This document shows, one piece after another, positions 1-14,312 of a stretch of 64,000 bases of DNA. Both the position numbers and the translations under genes were made by a program. Under the pieces are notes generated by a model. It was not told the origin of the DNA. It saw only the letters and a program-made list of their open reading frames with translations, and searched no databases. Source of the DNA: Eledone cirrhosa (Eukaryota); the NCBI GenBank assembly GCA_964016885.1, contig OZ024740.1, positions 167,834,001 to 167,898,000 on the forward strand, in the 5' to 3' direction. Each line of letters starts with the position of its first letter. Within the stretch, counting starts at the first letter, position 1.

Positions 1-40
1 ATCGCGTGTATGTTTTTCAGACATATAGGACTGCACTAAA

Positions 41-220
41 TAATGATTTCTAGTATAGGCACAAGGCTAGTAATTTTGGGGGAAGGGGAAAGTCGATTAA
101 ATGGATCCCAGTAAGTTACTGAGCTTTATTTTATCGAACCTCGGCGGGATTTGAACTCAGACCGTAAAGGACCGTAACTCTATGCTGCAAAGCATACCAA
201 TACTGCCAATCCACCGCCTT
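41..220 (-). mobile_element. tRNA-derived SINE (Nin/Deu-like domain family), internally deleted copy
   Basis: Reverse complement starts GGCGGTGGATTGGCAGTATTGG, has a B-box-like GAGTTCAAATCC and CGATAAAATAAAG, and ends GCCTTGTGCCTATACTAGAAATCATTATT, as in the other copies in the window. Confidence 0.8.
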
Positions 221-805
221 TGACTGCATTAAATAATGTCTCCTTTCATTTAAGACGGTGAGTTATTATTTGATGAAGATACGTGCCTCTGGAGAAGTGT
301 TATAGAGGTTCCCTAGTTCGACTTGATTTTCTGTTAATTCCGTAGCAATAGCTGATGTGAAATATATTTTCCTCTATGATGTTAGAAACAGATAAATAAT
401 AGATAGTCTTTTTTATAGAATGAACTGAATTCGGCACCAGATTAGTCACTCATTCATTCCACCACAGGCTGGTTGTGGCCCAAAGGACGGCCATTGAAGT
501 TTTCTCTGTATTCTTCAAACCTTTTTCAAATGTTTATATGTAAGATATCATATACTACATATGAGCGTCATTAGCAAATCTATAAAATATACTCAAGTAT
601 GAAATTACAAACAGAAAAGTCTATCCTCAAGCAAATTCAAAATGAACAATTATAGAAAAGTACCGATTTATATCTATAGGGTCCAATCTTTCGAGAAATA
701 ATCTGTAGACACAGGCCAACATTGGCGTTACAATATAGAAGTTCAGTATTCTGTTGAAATCAACCAATTTCGACACTCCATATCGCCAATATAAATGTAT
801 ATATA

Positions 806-941
806 TAACGAAACAAAAGACTCGCGTATAATCCTGTAATTAAATGAGCTCAAAGGAAAGAGTTTTCCTAAAGTGCCCAGGAAACTCTTTCCTTTGAACT
901 CATTTAATTACAGGATTATACGCGAGTCCTTTGCCACGTTA
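806..941. repeat. Long foldback (about 60-bp arms, 9-nt loop) at the start of a (TA)n-anchored island
   Basis: GACTCGCGTATAATCCTGTAATTAAATGAG.TCAAAGGAAAGAGTTT is followed by its reverse complement AAACTCTTTCCTTTGA.CTCATTTAATTACAGGATTATACGCGAGTC. Confidence 0.9.
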
Positions 942-1374
942 TTTTACTTGATATTCGCTCCTTACGTTCTCTCTGCTGTCGAGCACCATAAATTGAACAG
1001 TATGGGCTGCGATCTCTAGCAGCTTGCTCTGTTCATGCCACCGGTTACTGCCTCGCGCACGTATTTCCCTTATATTTACACGTGCTACAAGTGGTTTACT
1101 TTAGTTCTCTCTCTCTAGTAGTGCGGACAATATCGGTCTCTCCACATGGTGATGACCCACAGGGCCGAATTGGAACCCACTAAAATGGCGAAACAATCCC
1201 CTGGTGAGTTTGTACATGTGTGATCTAGGTATGAGATTGGTTTCTCATTTTAATTTATACTTTTAATTTTAATGTTTTTCCTATGCCTCTATTAGATTAT
1301 ATTCTCTTCACGCTAGTGGTTTGAAATTCCTGTAAAGTAAAACACACTCTTCTGTGTTTTTCCCCTCTATATAT

Positions 1375-1429
<55 letters not shown>

Positions 1430-1595
1430 AATTAGTATATCTACCAACATATGTATACAGATGCATACCTATGCTAGCAAATATATATATGTTATGTCTT
1501 AGTAACTTTGTGGTTCTAGGCAAGGGGATGCAGAACAATTATATGAAAGACGTAAATAAGAAAATTATGAAAATCGACTTACTTACTAAAATTTC

Positions 1596-1676
1596 ACTCC
1601 GACTAATTAGTTTCTGTAAGGGAATAAATATGGTTACGTAACGTACCCACAGAGAAACCTTACGTCATCAGGGAGT
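1596..1676 (-). ncRNA. Type I hammerhead ribozyme motif with extended helix II
   Basis: Minus strand: ACTCC-CTGATGA-c-GTAAGG...CCTTAC-a-GAAA-CTAATTAG-TC-GGAGT. Helix I is ACTCC/GGAGT, helix III is the palindrome ACTAATTAGT, the site is GUC, and a GTAAGT donor-like motif follows. Confidence 0.8.
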
Positions 1677-2041
1677 CTATTCTCAGCTAAGCTTCCAGGC
1701 AATGCGAGGACACTGGGAACTTATATAAAAATAATTCAGTGGAAGGAAAAAAGCGAGCGGGGACTAAATTCCAAGACATTGAAAAAATTCACTGCCTACT
1801 TGGTCAGTGGCAAATTCAAAAGAATAAATCACGTGACACTGAGGTTAATCAGTGAGGAGTGGAGTGCTATTAAGACAAGGGCCTAGCCACTACCATGAAC
1901 CACAGTAGTAATTTCGGCAAGTTTTGCTCAACAAATAATTTGGAGATAATTATAAAGAATTAGTATATCTACCAACATATGTATACAGATGCATACCTAT
2001 GCTAGCAAATATATATGTTATGTCTTTTTCTTGTTTACGTC

Positions 2042-2097
<56 letters not shown>

Positions 2098-4409
2098 TAC
2101 TCACTCCTAATACTACTTAGGTGTGAGTTACACTAAATAGGTGTTAGCTACACTGCATATGTGTGAGTTACTTATGAACACTACCTATGAGATCAATAGC
2201 TCATACCTTTAGACCTTTTTAGAATAATCCGTTAAATAATCTAATTTAATCAATAAATACCATTTTCTAATTAGTAGAAACAGTCTAATATTTTGCTATG
2301 TGATTAGTTTCATCCTCGTAAAATTTAATCAAAAATGCACTATAATGTTTATTTAGCGCTTAAGAATGCGGCTATGCCATAGGTTGTAAAAACCGAATGA
2401 ATTTTAAATAAACATAGTGAATGTACACTTAAAGATGATATTTCACCGAACTAAGTTTTGTTTTTAATCTGTTTAGTGTTGTCCTTGCCTAGAATAAAAT
2501 ATTTAAGTTAATTTATGGCACAGTAACCAATAAAATAATTTTAGCCTATACATTTAATGATTAGTATAAAGTTCTAGTAGGAAAAGACATTTTCGCACCT
2601 TATTTTGCCTTAACTAAATCAAATGAGTAGGAGAGTAACGAGAATAGATATTTTATTTAGATCTTTAACTGCGTTTATATTTCAAGATGATGATGTTTGT
2701 TTTACCTAGGCAGACGACTATATTTTTCTAACAGTCGAGGTCATTTTCCACTGATATTATTTCATTCATCAGTCGAATGAAATTTACCACCATTAGAGAG
2801 TTTATTCATCTTGGGATAAAATAGTAACAAAATGAGGAATAAAGAAATATGGCCAGTGTTGATGGTAATTGAATATAAACACGAAAAGTGCTAAACTATA
2901 TATTGAGAAGGATTTCACCTGGTATTATAACATTTTGCAGTAGCCACTACTTTATATCGCTACAATACACCAAATTTATACCAGAACGGAGTAGGAGTTG
3001 AGTTGAGTGAGATTTATTACATTCTTAAGAAAATATTCTCCAGAAAATTCCCGCCTGATAATAAACATTCATCTCTTCATGTGTATATATAAAACTATGG
3101 TGGGGAAAACTGGCAGAGAGTCGGACAAAGGGCTCGACGACATTTGGATCCAATCTGTATGTTTTTAGTTCAAGTCTCACTAAGGTTGGTTTTGCCATTC
3201 ATTCCTCTGGAATCGAACAAATGATATAACTAGAAGCAATGCAACTACCAGCATTGCTAAGTTATTTTATAACTGTGGCTATTTCAGAATTCGTTATTAT
3301 TGTACTGAAACGATGTAGATCATCTTTGATCGACCCTATGATGTGGGTTTAATTTACTTTCACCTATGCACCAGATGTTCTTCAGAAAGAAATGAAAACT
3401 GCATAATCTTTTTCTCTCTCCCTAAAATATGGTGTTGTACATAAACATGAGGTAATATTATTGTTTTTGATTCTTGTTGGATGGAAGATAATTTGACTTA
3501 CGTTCACAATGATCTTGAGAAAGTCAAGTGCAGCACAATATAATATTCAATCTATAATATAAGATCAACTTAAAATGTATTAATATTACAGTATAATTTG
3601 TTTTTGTTGTTATTAGCCCAAGGTAAACTCTTTTTTTTTTAAATCGAAAACCGTAATGTGTTCCAGCCATGACCATACCATATTTTATTGTCATACATGT
3701 TCTAGGACTACATTAAATATTGCAGTGTGGTCGAGCCCGAGGCAGTGGAAACATATCATGTCCTTGGCCCTAGGACCACCTCCCTATTCACTACCATCGG
3801 CACAGAGTTGGATGCGGGGCGGCCAGTTCGTGGACCCCATTTGCTTATAATAGTGAGAGACTGAAAGAGCGGGAGAGACGGAGGCATGACAGTGGGAGTT
3901 TGGTCCCATTGTGTTCGGACCTGGTGTGTATATATATATATATATATATTTATTTATTTACCACACCACAATACAGTAATAGAGATATAATCTGTGTATT
4001 ATTTAGCACGAACGAAGACAACTTCTTTAGCTGGCGCTGTTGTCCAGCCTCGACTGAACAGATGCATTACAGTCGTGACCATCTCGTGTGTTAGGGTTTA
4101 CGTAAGTATACAGTACCTATGTCCTTTCAAATTTAAAAATAGTAAGGAGTGAACTGAAATGGATTTGGCTGCTATTTCTAGCAGGTCGAGCTATCATATG
4201 TACACTTTCACTTTAGCTCAAATGGCATTTGTAATTCTATAAGCATGTATGTAATAATAGTAATGTATAGACGCTACAAGACATAGCACTTATTACTACA
4301 GACGTCTCTGAATACAATACTCTATACACACACACTCACTCACACACACTCAGACACACACACGCACTCACACATACACACTAACACACACAAACACACA
4401 CACACACGA

Positions 4410-4445
<36 letters not shown>

Positions 4446-6900
4446 ATGGCGGTTTATATATATATATATAAAGAAGACGAAACTGTTCGTAGACTTTCTA
4501 AAAACAATCCGCTAATACATCACATATATTAAGGGAAGGTTAGTTAAGCGAGCTTAAGAGAAAATGTTAGTCATGAAAATAGCGCTAAAATAAGCATAAA
4601 ATGAAATGCTAGTAATTGTTTATATTGCCATGCTATTTTGAGAACAGATGCTTTTTGATGATCACAATAATTGCATGGATAGATTCCAGTTATGAATGTA
4701 GTCATATAATAAATTCTTCTTTATATGAATATTTTATCTTTCCTTTCATGGTGATTATGAAGATGAAGATGAAGATGATGATGAAGTGGAGTATGACCAT
4801 CAACATCGTCATAAGCACCCCACCACCACCACCATCATATTATAATTATATTATTATTTTAGCTGATATAAAATAATGATTACTATTATTATTATTAGCA
4901 TTATTAATGTTATCGTTCTTGTTGTTCTTGTTATTATTATTGTTATATTTGTTGATGTTGGGGGGGGGGGGGGGGGTCTGCAACAAAATTATTTTATGGG
5001 GCAAGGAATCAGTCGAATGAAGTTTACCACAGAACACTTCATTAATGAACAGCTGCTAACCTTCAGAAACACCGAAACCACCCAAAACTGTAGTACATTA
5101 TACACACACACACACCCACACATATATATATATACATAAATACACATACTCACTCACATATTAAATCACATGCGCAGGTACATACATACACACAAACACA
5201 TTCCAATACACTAAACTACATTGTGGAAAATGCCGAATAGGGAAGCCCTACTCAGCATTATTATTGGAACATCAGCCCACCATTGATCTGTGACCACCGT
5301 CTACCGCTTCAATTGTTGATACCATGATTAGCACCCTTGTTTTCTGAGGGGTATTTTCAATATTAAACATAACAATTCTCAGTCAACTCATCCCTGACAA
5401 TGCTCTTCTCCACATTGCCTCTGTCGTGCTTAAAAAATCGCAACGGCAAACTTTACTCTCTGGAATATCCTGCTTACCTACATCGGTTTAATCTCATAAT
5501 TTTTCGCCTCACCAATCCCTCTGATACACCTGCCTATTGTGAAAACATAGTATCAAGATCTGACCTTGTTTTTTACATGGTGGCATGAAGAGTTAGTGAG
5601 AGATGATAGCTCGGAGCACCATTGAATCGGAGGAGGACCACTACCATAAGTAGATTGCATTGTATTGCATTTTCATTGCGATCTCCATTCACCCCTACCC
5701 ACTGCATACTTCTATTCATCGCAACCAGCATTTTGTACAGCAAATTAATGAAACGTTCTTCTGTTTTGAGTAATGATTGCTGTGTTTAATTATTAGTAAT
5801 AAAATACATTACCTACTTACTGTCTGTTTAACTCAACTGTTTAGAAATAGTTACGTTGGTCACCCAAAAAATATGTTATTCACTGGCTGTTATGCAGTAC
5901 TGCATGATCTCAGACACACGTGATATCTGTGCATATCTCACAATGAATATTAAATTAATTGTATTCAGAGTCATAAGCAAGTTTTAAGAACATATATCAC
6001 TGTTTATCCATCTCTGCAGTGCATTAATTAACCTGGTGCCAACAAGAGAGCTTGAATAGTGATTATATGTAATTAGCTACTTCAGAAAGGTTGATGCTGT
6101 TGTAGTAGCCCTAGAATAAACAGAGAAAAGAGACAGTGTGTCTGTAGATCTGAAATCATTGTTGTGTACAGAGTGTGCTTTGCCCATCAGACGGGTAACG
6201 TACTTTTGGATTGTATACACAAAAATAAACACATGCATGCACACACACACAATCTAACAAAACACATGCCACCACCACCATCACCAAAACACAAGGAAAC
6301 ACACTCACACATATATACACATACACACAAAAACTTACAGGTTGATGCAGATGATGGTGAAATTATCAGCAACAAGAGCAATAATGTATTTTATTGGTCA
6401 CAAGGGCCCAATACATTGGGGACAGTACGAAAGTAAAATGCATAGGAAAACAATAAAGAAAAAGATACAAGCAATTTAATCAAAGGTTATACTTGATGCG
6501 TACATTATTTTCTCTAGTCAAGGCAGGAGGATTTGAATTCAAAAGGTAAAAGAGCGTATCTTAATCGTTAGGTTAGAATTAATCATTTCATTTGATTACA
6601 CGTATTGCATGCCTTTTATTTCGTTTGTATACCTAATTCATTGCGGACAGAATAGACAAAGCTTTTCTTTGGTGAGGGAGATACGTTGGAAGAGCAATTC
6701 CAGCTCGCGAGGTTCTCAACTGCGGGTAGCCAATTCCGACCGATGGTAGTGAGTAGGGAGGTGGTCGTCCTAGGGCCCAGGACACCAGAAGTCTCCTCTG
6801 CTACGAGCTCGATCACAAACTTATCAGAGAGCAACTTTGGAGCGTTTACTTTCCTCGGTTCAAAGTGCAGCGGAGACTTGATTAGTTACAGACTGCAACA

Positions 6901-7033
6901 TGTAGGTGCTGGTACTTTATTTTATCGACCAAAAGTGTGGAAGGCTAAGTCCACTCAGCAGCATTTGAATTCAGAGCCGGAACAAATACCATAAAGCATT
7001 TTGTCCGACGCTTTAATGACACTACCTATCCAC
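6901..7033 (-). mobile_element. Diverged SINE copy
   Basis: Reverse complement has GTGGATAGGTAGTG...GAATTCAAATGC...GGTCGATAAAATAAAGTACCAG. Confidence 0.6.
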
Positions 7034-8012
7034 GTTGCAAGTTCATTAATAACATGAATATATTTCCGTTAAGTTCATCGTCATATTTTTATTCATACGT
7101 TTCTAAATTTTTAAAATATTTATTCGTAGAAGTAATGCCTTGCATTTAATTAGCAATGAAGAAGAAATTCAAAGACACAAAAATTATTCATATTAAATTT
7201 GATCATCAGTATATAAACACGAACAAATAAATTGAAGTTACTTTAGAAACAGAATATAAAGAAAACTGCAGTAAATATTTAGCACCCTTTTTATAGGAAA
7301 GAAGATGCAAAGAAGTAAGAGTGTAGAAAGACAAATTACGAACATTGCGTTTTTAATAATTCAGTGTTCCACGATTTTAATATTCATTGATGAATCATTG
7401 TATTGTCGCTGTACAATCTCCATATTCTTTTCGCAATGTAGAATTATTACTGCAGTGAGGACATATTGATTATTATTGCGTGTTTTTTATTGTTGCTTTC
7501 TCGAGGTTTCTAAAAAATTTTAGATCGAAGAATGAAATATCTCTTTGTATCTGTTAATATAATGCGATTCATTTACTCTGCGAAAAAATAAAACTTTAAA
7601 TAATGTTTATCAGTGTATTTACACTTCGGGTAAAAAGCATGATGACGGATATACCGACAATGCATTCGAAATAATTTACAAGAAACTACGTTGAGCATAC
7701 GTGAGTGTGTATGTGAGTGTGTGTGTGTGTGCGAGTGTGTGTGCGAGTGTATTTGGTGCCTGAATGTGTTCCCGTTTCTGTATTCATATTTAGCAGTGTT
7801 GAGTTGCGGCACTTTACATCAAAGCCATAAATTATGGATTCGATAAAAAGAGTTTGATTAAATAAATGCATGAGGGAGGGTAGTATGATCAACTAAAATC
7901 TTGAAGGTGGCACCACAATATGGTCGAAATGACGAAAATCAGTGAGAGTGGAGAACATATTTTTGATTTTTGAATTTAGTATAATTTTATGTATTTTAGC
8001 CATCATGTAATA

Positions 8013-8015
<3 letters not shown>

Positions 8016-8088
<73 letters not shown>

Positions 8089-8275
8089 GTGGAGAGAGAG
8101 AAAGAGAGAAGACGGGAGCTATAGACATAGATATTAATATCGATAGACATACATACAAACATACATACATATTTGTCTGTGTGTGTGTATGTGTGTGTGT
8201 GTGTGTGTGTGTACGTGAGTGCGCGCGCGTGTGTGTGTTTGTGTGTGTTTGTGCGTGTTTGTGCGTGTGCGTGTG

Positions 8276-8359
<84 letters not shown>

Positions 8360-8406
8360 TGTGTGTTTGTGCGTGTTTGTGCGTGTGTGTGCATGTGTGT
8401 GTGTGT
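8016..8406. repeat. Compound microsatellite (TA)n/(GA)n/(GT)n
   Basis: Directly visible. It explains the overlapping HT/CV ORFs. Confidence 0.95.
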
Positions 8407-8778
8407 AGTTAGTTAGTTTGGCTATGCTGACATATTTCTTCAATAAGCTGCAAGTAATTCAATTCCACTATGCCTGAAGAAAAGAAAATACAGGTATAAA
8501 ATATAATAAAATATTAAATAAAATAGTTGAAGTAGAACATTTTTTTTTTTAAATACAGGAAACTGTACATCTGAGCTTTTACAGCTTACTCCATCGAAAT
8601 AATACGGCCGTCATCCTTGTTGCATATCCTCCTTGCTGCCCGGACATAACTTTCACAGCTTTGTTAGTAAATGATGAGTTCTAACAGCGTGTCATCCCAG
8701 CAGGAGAAAGGAAGTCCCATGAAATACAATCAGATGTGTATTTATGAAGGTAATGATGTTATTTGGCGCGATAGCTAC

Positions 8779-8819
<41 letters not shown>

Positions 8820-9109
8820 CGGTGGTGTGGTGGTAGTGGGGTGACGCTGGGGATGGAGAACAAACGGTGTTGTTACTGTTTTTTTTTGGGGGGGGAGGTC
8901 TTTTTTTCGGGGAGGTTTTGTTGATGTCTTATTTTTGTATAGGATCAAGATTTATTTTATTTTATTCTTATTTTGTAAGACGAGGGAGCAGCTAACATAA
9001 TATGGCCCTTATCTTCTCTGTGGGGAAGTTTTTAAAAATGCTCCAATAACGAAATCCAAGCTTGAATATATACGCGTAGGCTTCAATATATATATATATA
9101 GAGAGAGAA

Positions 9110-9140
<31 letters not shown>

Positions 9141-9469
9141 GGGAGAGACCGAAAGAGAGAGAAAGAGATGTGTGCGCGCCAGTTTACGTCGACTACTACT
9201 ACTACTACTACTACTGCTACTATTATTACTACTACTACTACTACTACTTCTACTGCGGCTATTATTACTACCAGTAGTAGTAGTACTACTACTACTACAA
9301 CTGGATTCATTGTGTTTTTTCAAAGCTTTGTGCATGAAATCCGAAATATTAATTATATGGCATACAAATATTAAATGTTTCCAAATTTGTAAATAATAGT
9401 TACTAAATGTTTGCGCCAAATCGGCAATTTTTAGAGGAGACGAAATCCAATTATATTAAGTAGATTATT

Positions 9470-9805
9470 TGACTCGTACTTTATTTTATCTAGCACTGAA
9501 ATTTGAAAGACTGGATTAGATCTCTGTTCGTGAATACCCAGAGTAAGTACTATAAAGCCTTTCGTTCGACGCTCTATCGATTTTGCCAATCCACCAACTA
9601 AATTATTTTTAATAATGATTTCTGACATAGTTTTTGGTAAAGGAACAGTTTATGATATTGACCCCATTATTTGATTGGAACTTTATTCTACTGAACCCGC
9701 AAGGACGAAAGTTATGCTTGATATCGTTTAGACTTGAACTTTGAATATAGAAAGTCGATATTAATAGCTCGAGGCATTTTCTCGGCCGCTCTAACCATTC
9801 TATCA
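9470..9805 (-). mobile_element. Two old, diverged SINE copies
   Basis: Minus strand has GGTGGATTGGCAAAATCGATAGAGCGTCG...GATAAAATAAAGTAC (9470-9600) and GATAGAATGGTTAGAGCGG...GAATAAAGTTCCA (9670-9805). Confidence 0.5.
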
Positions 9806-12285
9806 AACACTTTTGATACCAAACCGCTTGAAACCGCCAAACGTTCTATGAAACAAAACTGTTTGTTTTTAAGTTTTTTTTTCATGTATCTAAGAAAAAC
9901 CGTCAATCATAATTTTATGAAAGATCTTTGTTGTTCCAAACACCAGCTCTATAATCAGAGGCTTAGTTTTATTGGCAAATCTCTATAAATTCTAGATTAT
10001 TTTGAAAGGGATTTGACAATTATATGCAGTGTGTTTCATTAGCAATATGGTAGTGGGAGGGTTAATAAAAAGACATTAAAATAAAACATCTCATTGCTAG
10101 ACTTTTGTTCAAATCTGGTAGAATATATTTTCCACTTGTGAGTCTGGCTACAAAAACAAGACTAACGATTAATGATAATGCAAAATATGTTTAGGTCTGG
10201 AATACTAATAAACTACATAGTCTCTGGCTACCCAATCATAGCTAGGAAAGAAAATATATCTGCAGTTCTAATACTCGAGACTATGTTTTAGATACACAGA
10301 AAGATCGGATGGCCATGATAAGAAGTTTTTAGTCATTGGTGTTCCCAATTATGACTAACTTGGCACAAAATAACGAGGCATAGTCAAATATATTGCCTAC
10401 AATATTTGATTTGCACTTATAATACCCGTGAGCGGAAATAACGTCAAAAGGAGAAATGTCACATGCCATTTAAATAGCATAATAATAGTTAAAGTAATGA
10501 TACAAACAGAATTTCAAATCATTTGATAAATGACTATATGTGACTGATATACAATGACATTGCATTTATATGAAAGCTGTCAAAAAACGGAATTCAATCT
10601 GGATATATTCTATTAAAAATATGTCCAACAATACAAACATCAACTCCGACACCTACAGCTCTTGTTAACACCTCAACCACCCTATCTTCCAAACTAATTT
10701 CCAAGGAGCAATCCAGTGCCTTCTTTGTTTCTTTGTTTATAAGTTTATTTGAAACTACTTGTCTATCATATCAATTCATCGTTAATTCCCGAAGTTCTAT
10801 TATAATTTCCAATGTCCCAACGGATTTTTAAACTGGTTTAGATTGTCGCTAAGAAAAGCTTAATGCAAGGCCAGTAATTTAATTTTTATACTATCGGTCA
10901 CCATTGGTCGGACATCATTGTTGACATGATGCTTATAGTTTGCTCTAAACTATAGAAAAAAATCGACGTGAACTCTACTAAAGTTCGAATGGAGCGTGCA
11001 CTGTCTAGGCCAATAGTTGATGTAAAATAACTAAAAGGAAAATACAGTTGACAAGAGTTTTAATGTGTCTGTAATTATGGACTTACATTTTTATTGTAAG
11101 CCTATCGCTCAGATCTGACCAATTTATTCGCGATTTGTGAAGGTTTGCTCTTACAATGAAAGCTACATGATGAATATAAATGTGTAATGAACTAAAAATT
11201 CACATTTGCCCTTTTCTGAATTAAGTCGACACGTCCTCTAAAACAACAAAAAAATGGAAAGAGAAAAAAGTTATTTTGTTGTTTTGTTTTCTAGTTTTTT
11301 TTTGTCATTTACACTGGGTTATTTTATGTATCTAATCTTGTTTTTCTTGTTGTTGCTCTCGTTTTGTAATAATGTTATCAGTAAGTTTCTCTTACGTTCA
11401 CGTGCGCGCGCCAGTGTGTGTTTGTGTGAGCGCGTTGTTGTTGTTGTTGCTATTATTGTTTTCAATTTCTTACATATCTCAGTTATTTTTCATTACCGAA
11501 AGTTCTACGTTATTAATTTGCAAAAAACAAAAAAGTTCATTATTTTTGTTAATGTTTAGAGACATTATTAGTATTATTTTATATTGTTTTTCTTGTATTT
11601 TTTGTTGTTGTTATGCAGTATAGAAACACGATGTGAATACATAGCTATGCTACTGTTTAAATTGTTTTCTTTGTTACTGGAAATGACATGGAATTATACG
11701 TTTGGAAAATAGTTGGAAATATAATGATGAATAATACTGGTTGTAGTTCTTTGTTATGAGGGTCGAAGCCTTATATTGTTCATCCCCTTTATTATATTAA
11801 ACAACGAGTGCGTTGACAAGGTATCTTCCTTGTCATAAGCATAGTTAATAAACTGTATGATTAATACTCAGGAAACCCTGTGACGTGTAATAAAGGATAA
11901 TATTAAAAAGAGAAAATACTATCATTCTAATAGATAGAAATATACCAATTTGGATATAGCTATCCAATATATTGTATTTCTAAGTTTTAATATAAAGAAT
12001 TTATTCGGGAAGTTATATATCTGGATTTTTGCAAGAATACAATGGAACAACTTTGCCGATGTATTAAGTTGATACTCTGAACGCAAAAATAAGAGAAAGA
12101 AAAGAAGTATTTTTACCCTATCGAACATTTTTCAACCTTTTCAGAAAAAATTCTTTAGCACTGAAAATATATATTATATTCTATATATTATATAGAATGA
12201 CAAAACAATGAGTCAAAATCGCACACACGTCTTCACAGTCTCTCACACACACATACATATACTCTCTTTCTCGCTCTCACACATT

Positions 12286-12400
<115 letters not shown>

Positions 12401-13221
12401 ACACACATATACATACATACATAATACATACATACACAAAACATAAAATACAGGAACTTTATAACACTTACCTTTTTGCAGAAGCATTTATCGATAAAGA
12501 AATGTCTAAAAGCATTTATCATTTGATAATATAAGCAGAGGATAACGGTTAGAGATTCTAGAATTATGAAACTACCTATGAAAGCACTGAATTGGTGGTT
12601 TTATATAATGTCTAATGTAAAACCATCAAAGTAAAATAATCTATAAAATCCTATATAATTCTTTGCAGATTAAAAAATGTTAAAGATACTAAAATATTTG
12701 ATATGCTACAGCTTTCCTAGATAGATAATCGATCAGCGTCAGGAGAACAAATATAATTTGTGTATTCTAATAGTAAAAAAATAGATAGATGAAAGATATT
12801 AAAAACCAATTTTACCTATTTATCAGTATTGCAGAGGAACTGTCTTGACATTTGATCTATGGCACTATACACAATTGATTCTTTATGGTTTACAACATCT
12901 TTACGCTTTCTTAATCCAGATTTTTAAAATTATTATCATTTTTTTTTATTTATTTCAGTGATTTTTATTTATTTCACTTTCTTCCTATCTTCTAGAATAT
13001 CCGTTCTTAAGAATTGCTAGGAAATATTCCCTAGTTGTCATTATAGTATGCAGAGACAGGTCAGAAGAGGAGACTCTGAGTGCTTAACAATGAAGCCACG
13101 CCACACAATTCAATGACTATTTGAAAAAGGCAACCTAATTGTTGTCACGTACCTGCAGGAATCGCTGCCAAATCTGTATAAAATCAGAACTGGCAGTCTT
13201 TCAAATGAAAATATCACAAGG

Positions 13222-13412
13222 GCGGTGGATTGGCAGTATCGGTAGAGGGTCGGGCGCCATGCTTTGCAGCATAGAGTCACGGCCCTTTGCGGTCTGAGTT
13301 CAAATCCTGTTGAGGTTAACTTTGCCTTTCATCCTTACGGCGTCAATAAAATAAAGTAGCAATAATGCACTGGGAAAATTACTGGCCTTGTGCCAAAAGT
13401 AGAAACAATTAT
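13222..13412 (+). mobile_element. tRNA-derived SINE (Nin/Deu-like domain family)
   Basis: GGCGGTGGATTGGCAGTATCGGTAGAG...GAGTTCAAATCC...GTTAACTTTGCCTTTCATCCTTACGG...GGCCTTGTGCCAAAAGTAGAAACAATTAT. Confidence 0.9.
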
Positions 13413-14228
13413 AAGATGTAATCCTACATGCTTCTAAAAGTACGAGTTGGTCATGGCTAGAATGCCTTTCATAAAAAATATACTTAACCTGGGTTGTCCT
13501 GCAGCTAAGCAACAACAAGGACTATTTGAAACTAGTATTTTTTTAGGGGGGAGGGGTCACTACGGGTGTTTATCTGTATAAAATTGATAGTAATTTTCGA
13601 ATTAGGAAGAATTTAGAAAGATTATCCAGTTAAGCAAGTAAAGAAATAAATATTACACGGCGTTACTTTAGAAACATTACCGTCTTCTACTTATCAGTAA
13701 ATAGCATTCATTACCCCACCTAAACTATGTTTAGTGATAGATGCATCAACTTAAAAGCAAAACGGGATTAGATAGAAGGGGCGACAAAAGACCAAATGCC
13801 ATTACAATCTTCTCGTTACATGGTAGTATGCAGTGTTACTTTCTCCAGCAGCAACCTGGTTAATTCAACAGTCTTAGGGCTCGTTGCCTAACAAAGGGAT
13901 GTTGTTAAAGTTCTGGTTGCTTTCCGATAAGTTACTCATCAAACCTATAATGATAGAGACTTCTGGCGTCCTGAGTCCTCCAACAACCAGTCAACTTACT
14001 GTGGTCGGGACAGAGTTGACCGCCTGAATGAAATTACCTCAGAGATTTTGACCGGCTATTTCAGCAAATCACCCTCACTATCTTCCGGCGTAGCACCTTG
14101 GCATTCTGTCCGCTGGGACCAATACAACATTCAACTTAGGTTTGGTCTTCAGAAAGACAGAACGAGCGAACAAAACAGCGAAACAATGTTTTAAACTTTC
14201 ATTAGACTCCTGTTCCCGTTTGTCACTA

Positions 14229-14312
<84 letters not shown>

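Noticed and set aside
2730-2780. CTGATGA...GAAA on the minus strand
   Set aside because: No helix II and no UH cleavage site in register.
3345-3390. CTGAAGA...GAAA on the minus strand
   Set aside because: Helix II depends on G-U pairs and helix I is only 2 bp, which is expected by chance.
4441-4500. AAGATGGCGG...CGAAACTGTTCGTAGAC between TA tracts
   Set aside because: It may be a pseudo-LTR relic, but the core and helices cannot be rebuilt.
10028-10940. Possible Tc1/mariner relic (PDLN-like codons on the minus strand near 10190)
   Set aside because: One weak motif only, with no TIR pair or readable transposase.
13222-13310. tRNA-like A and B boxes
   Set aside because: They are SINE heads with no cloverleaf, so not tRNA genes.
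14040-14155. Minus-strand CGGAAGA-stem-GAAA..GTC followed by a donor-like site
   Set aside because: The core is mutated and helices I and III do not pair.
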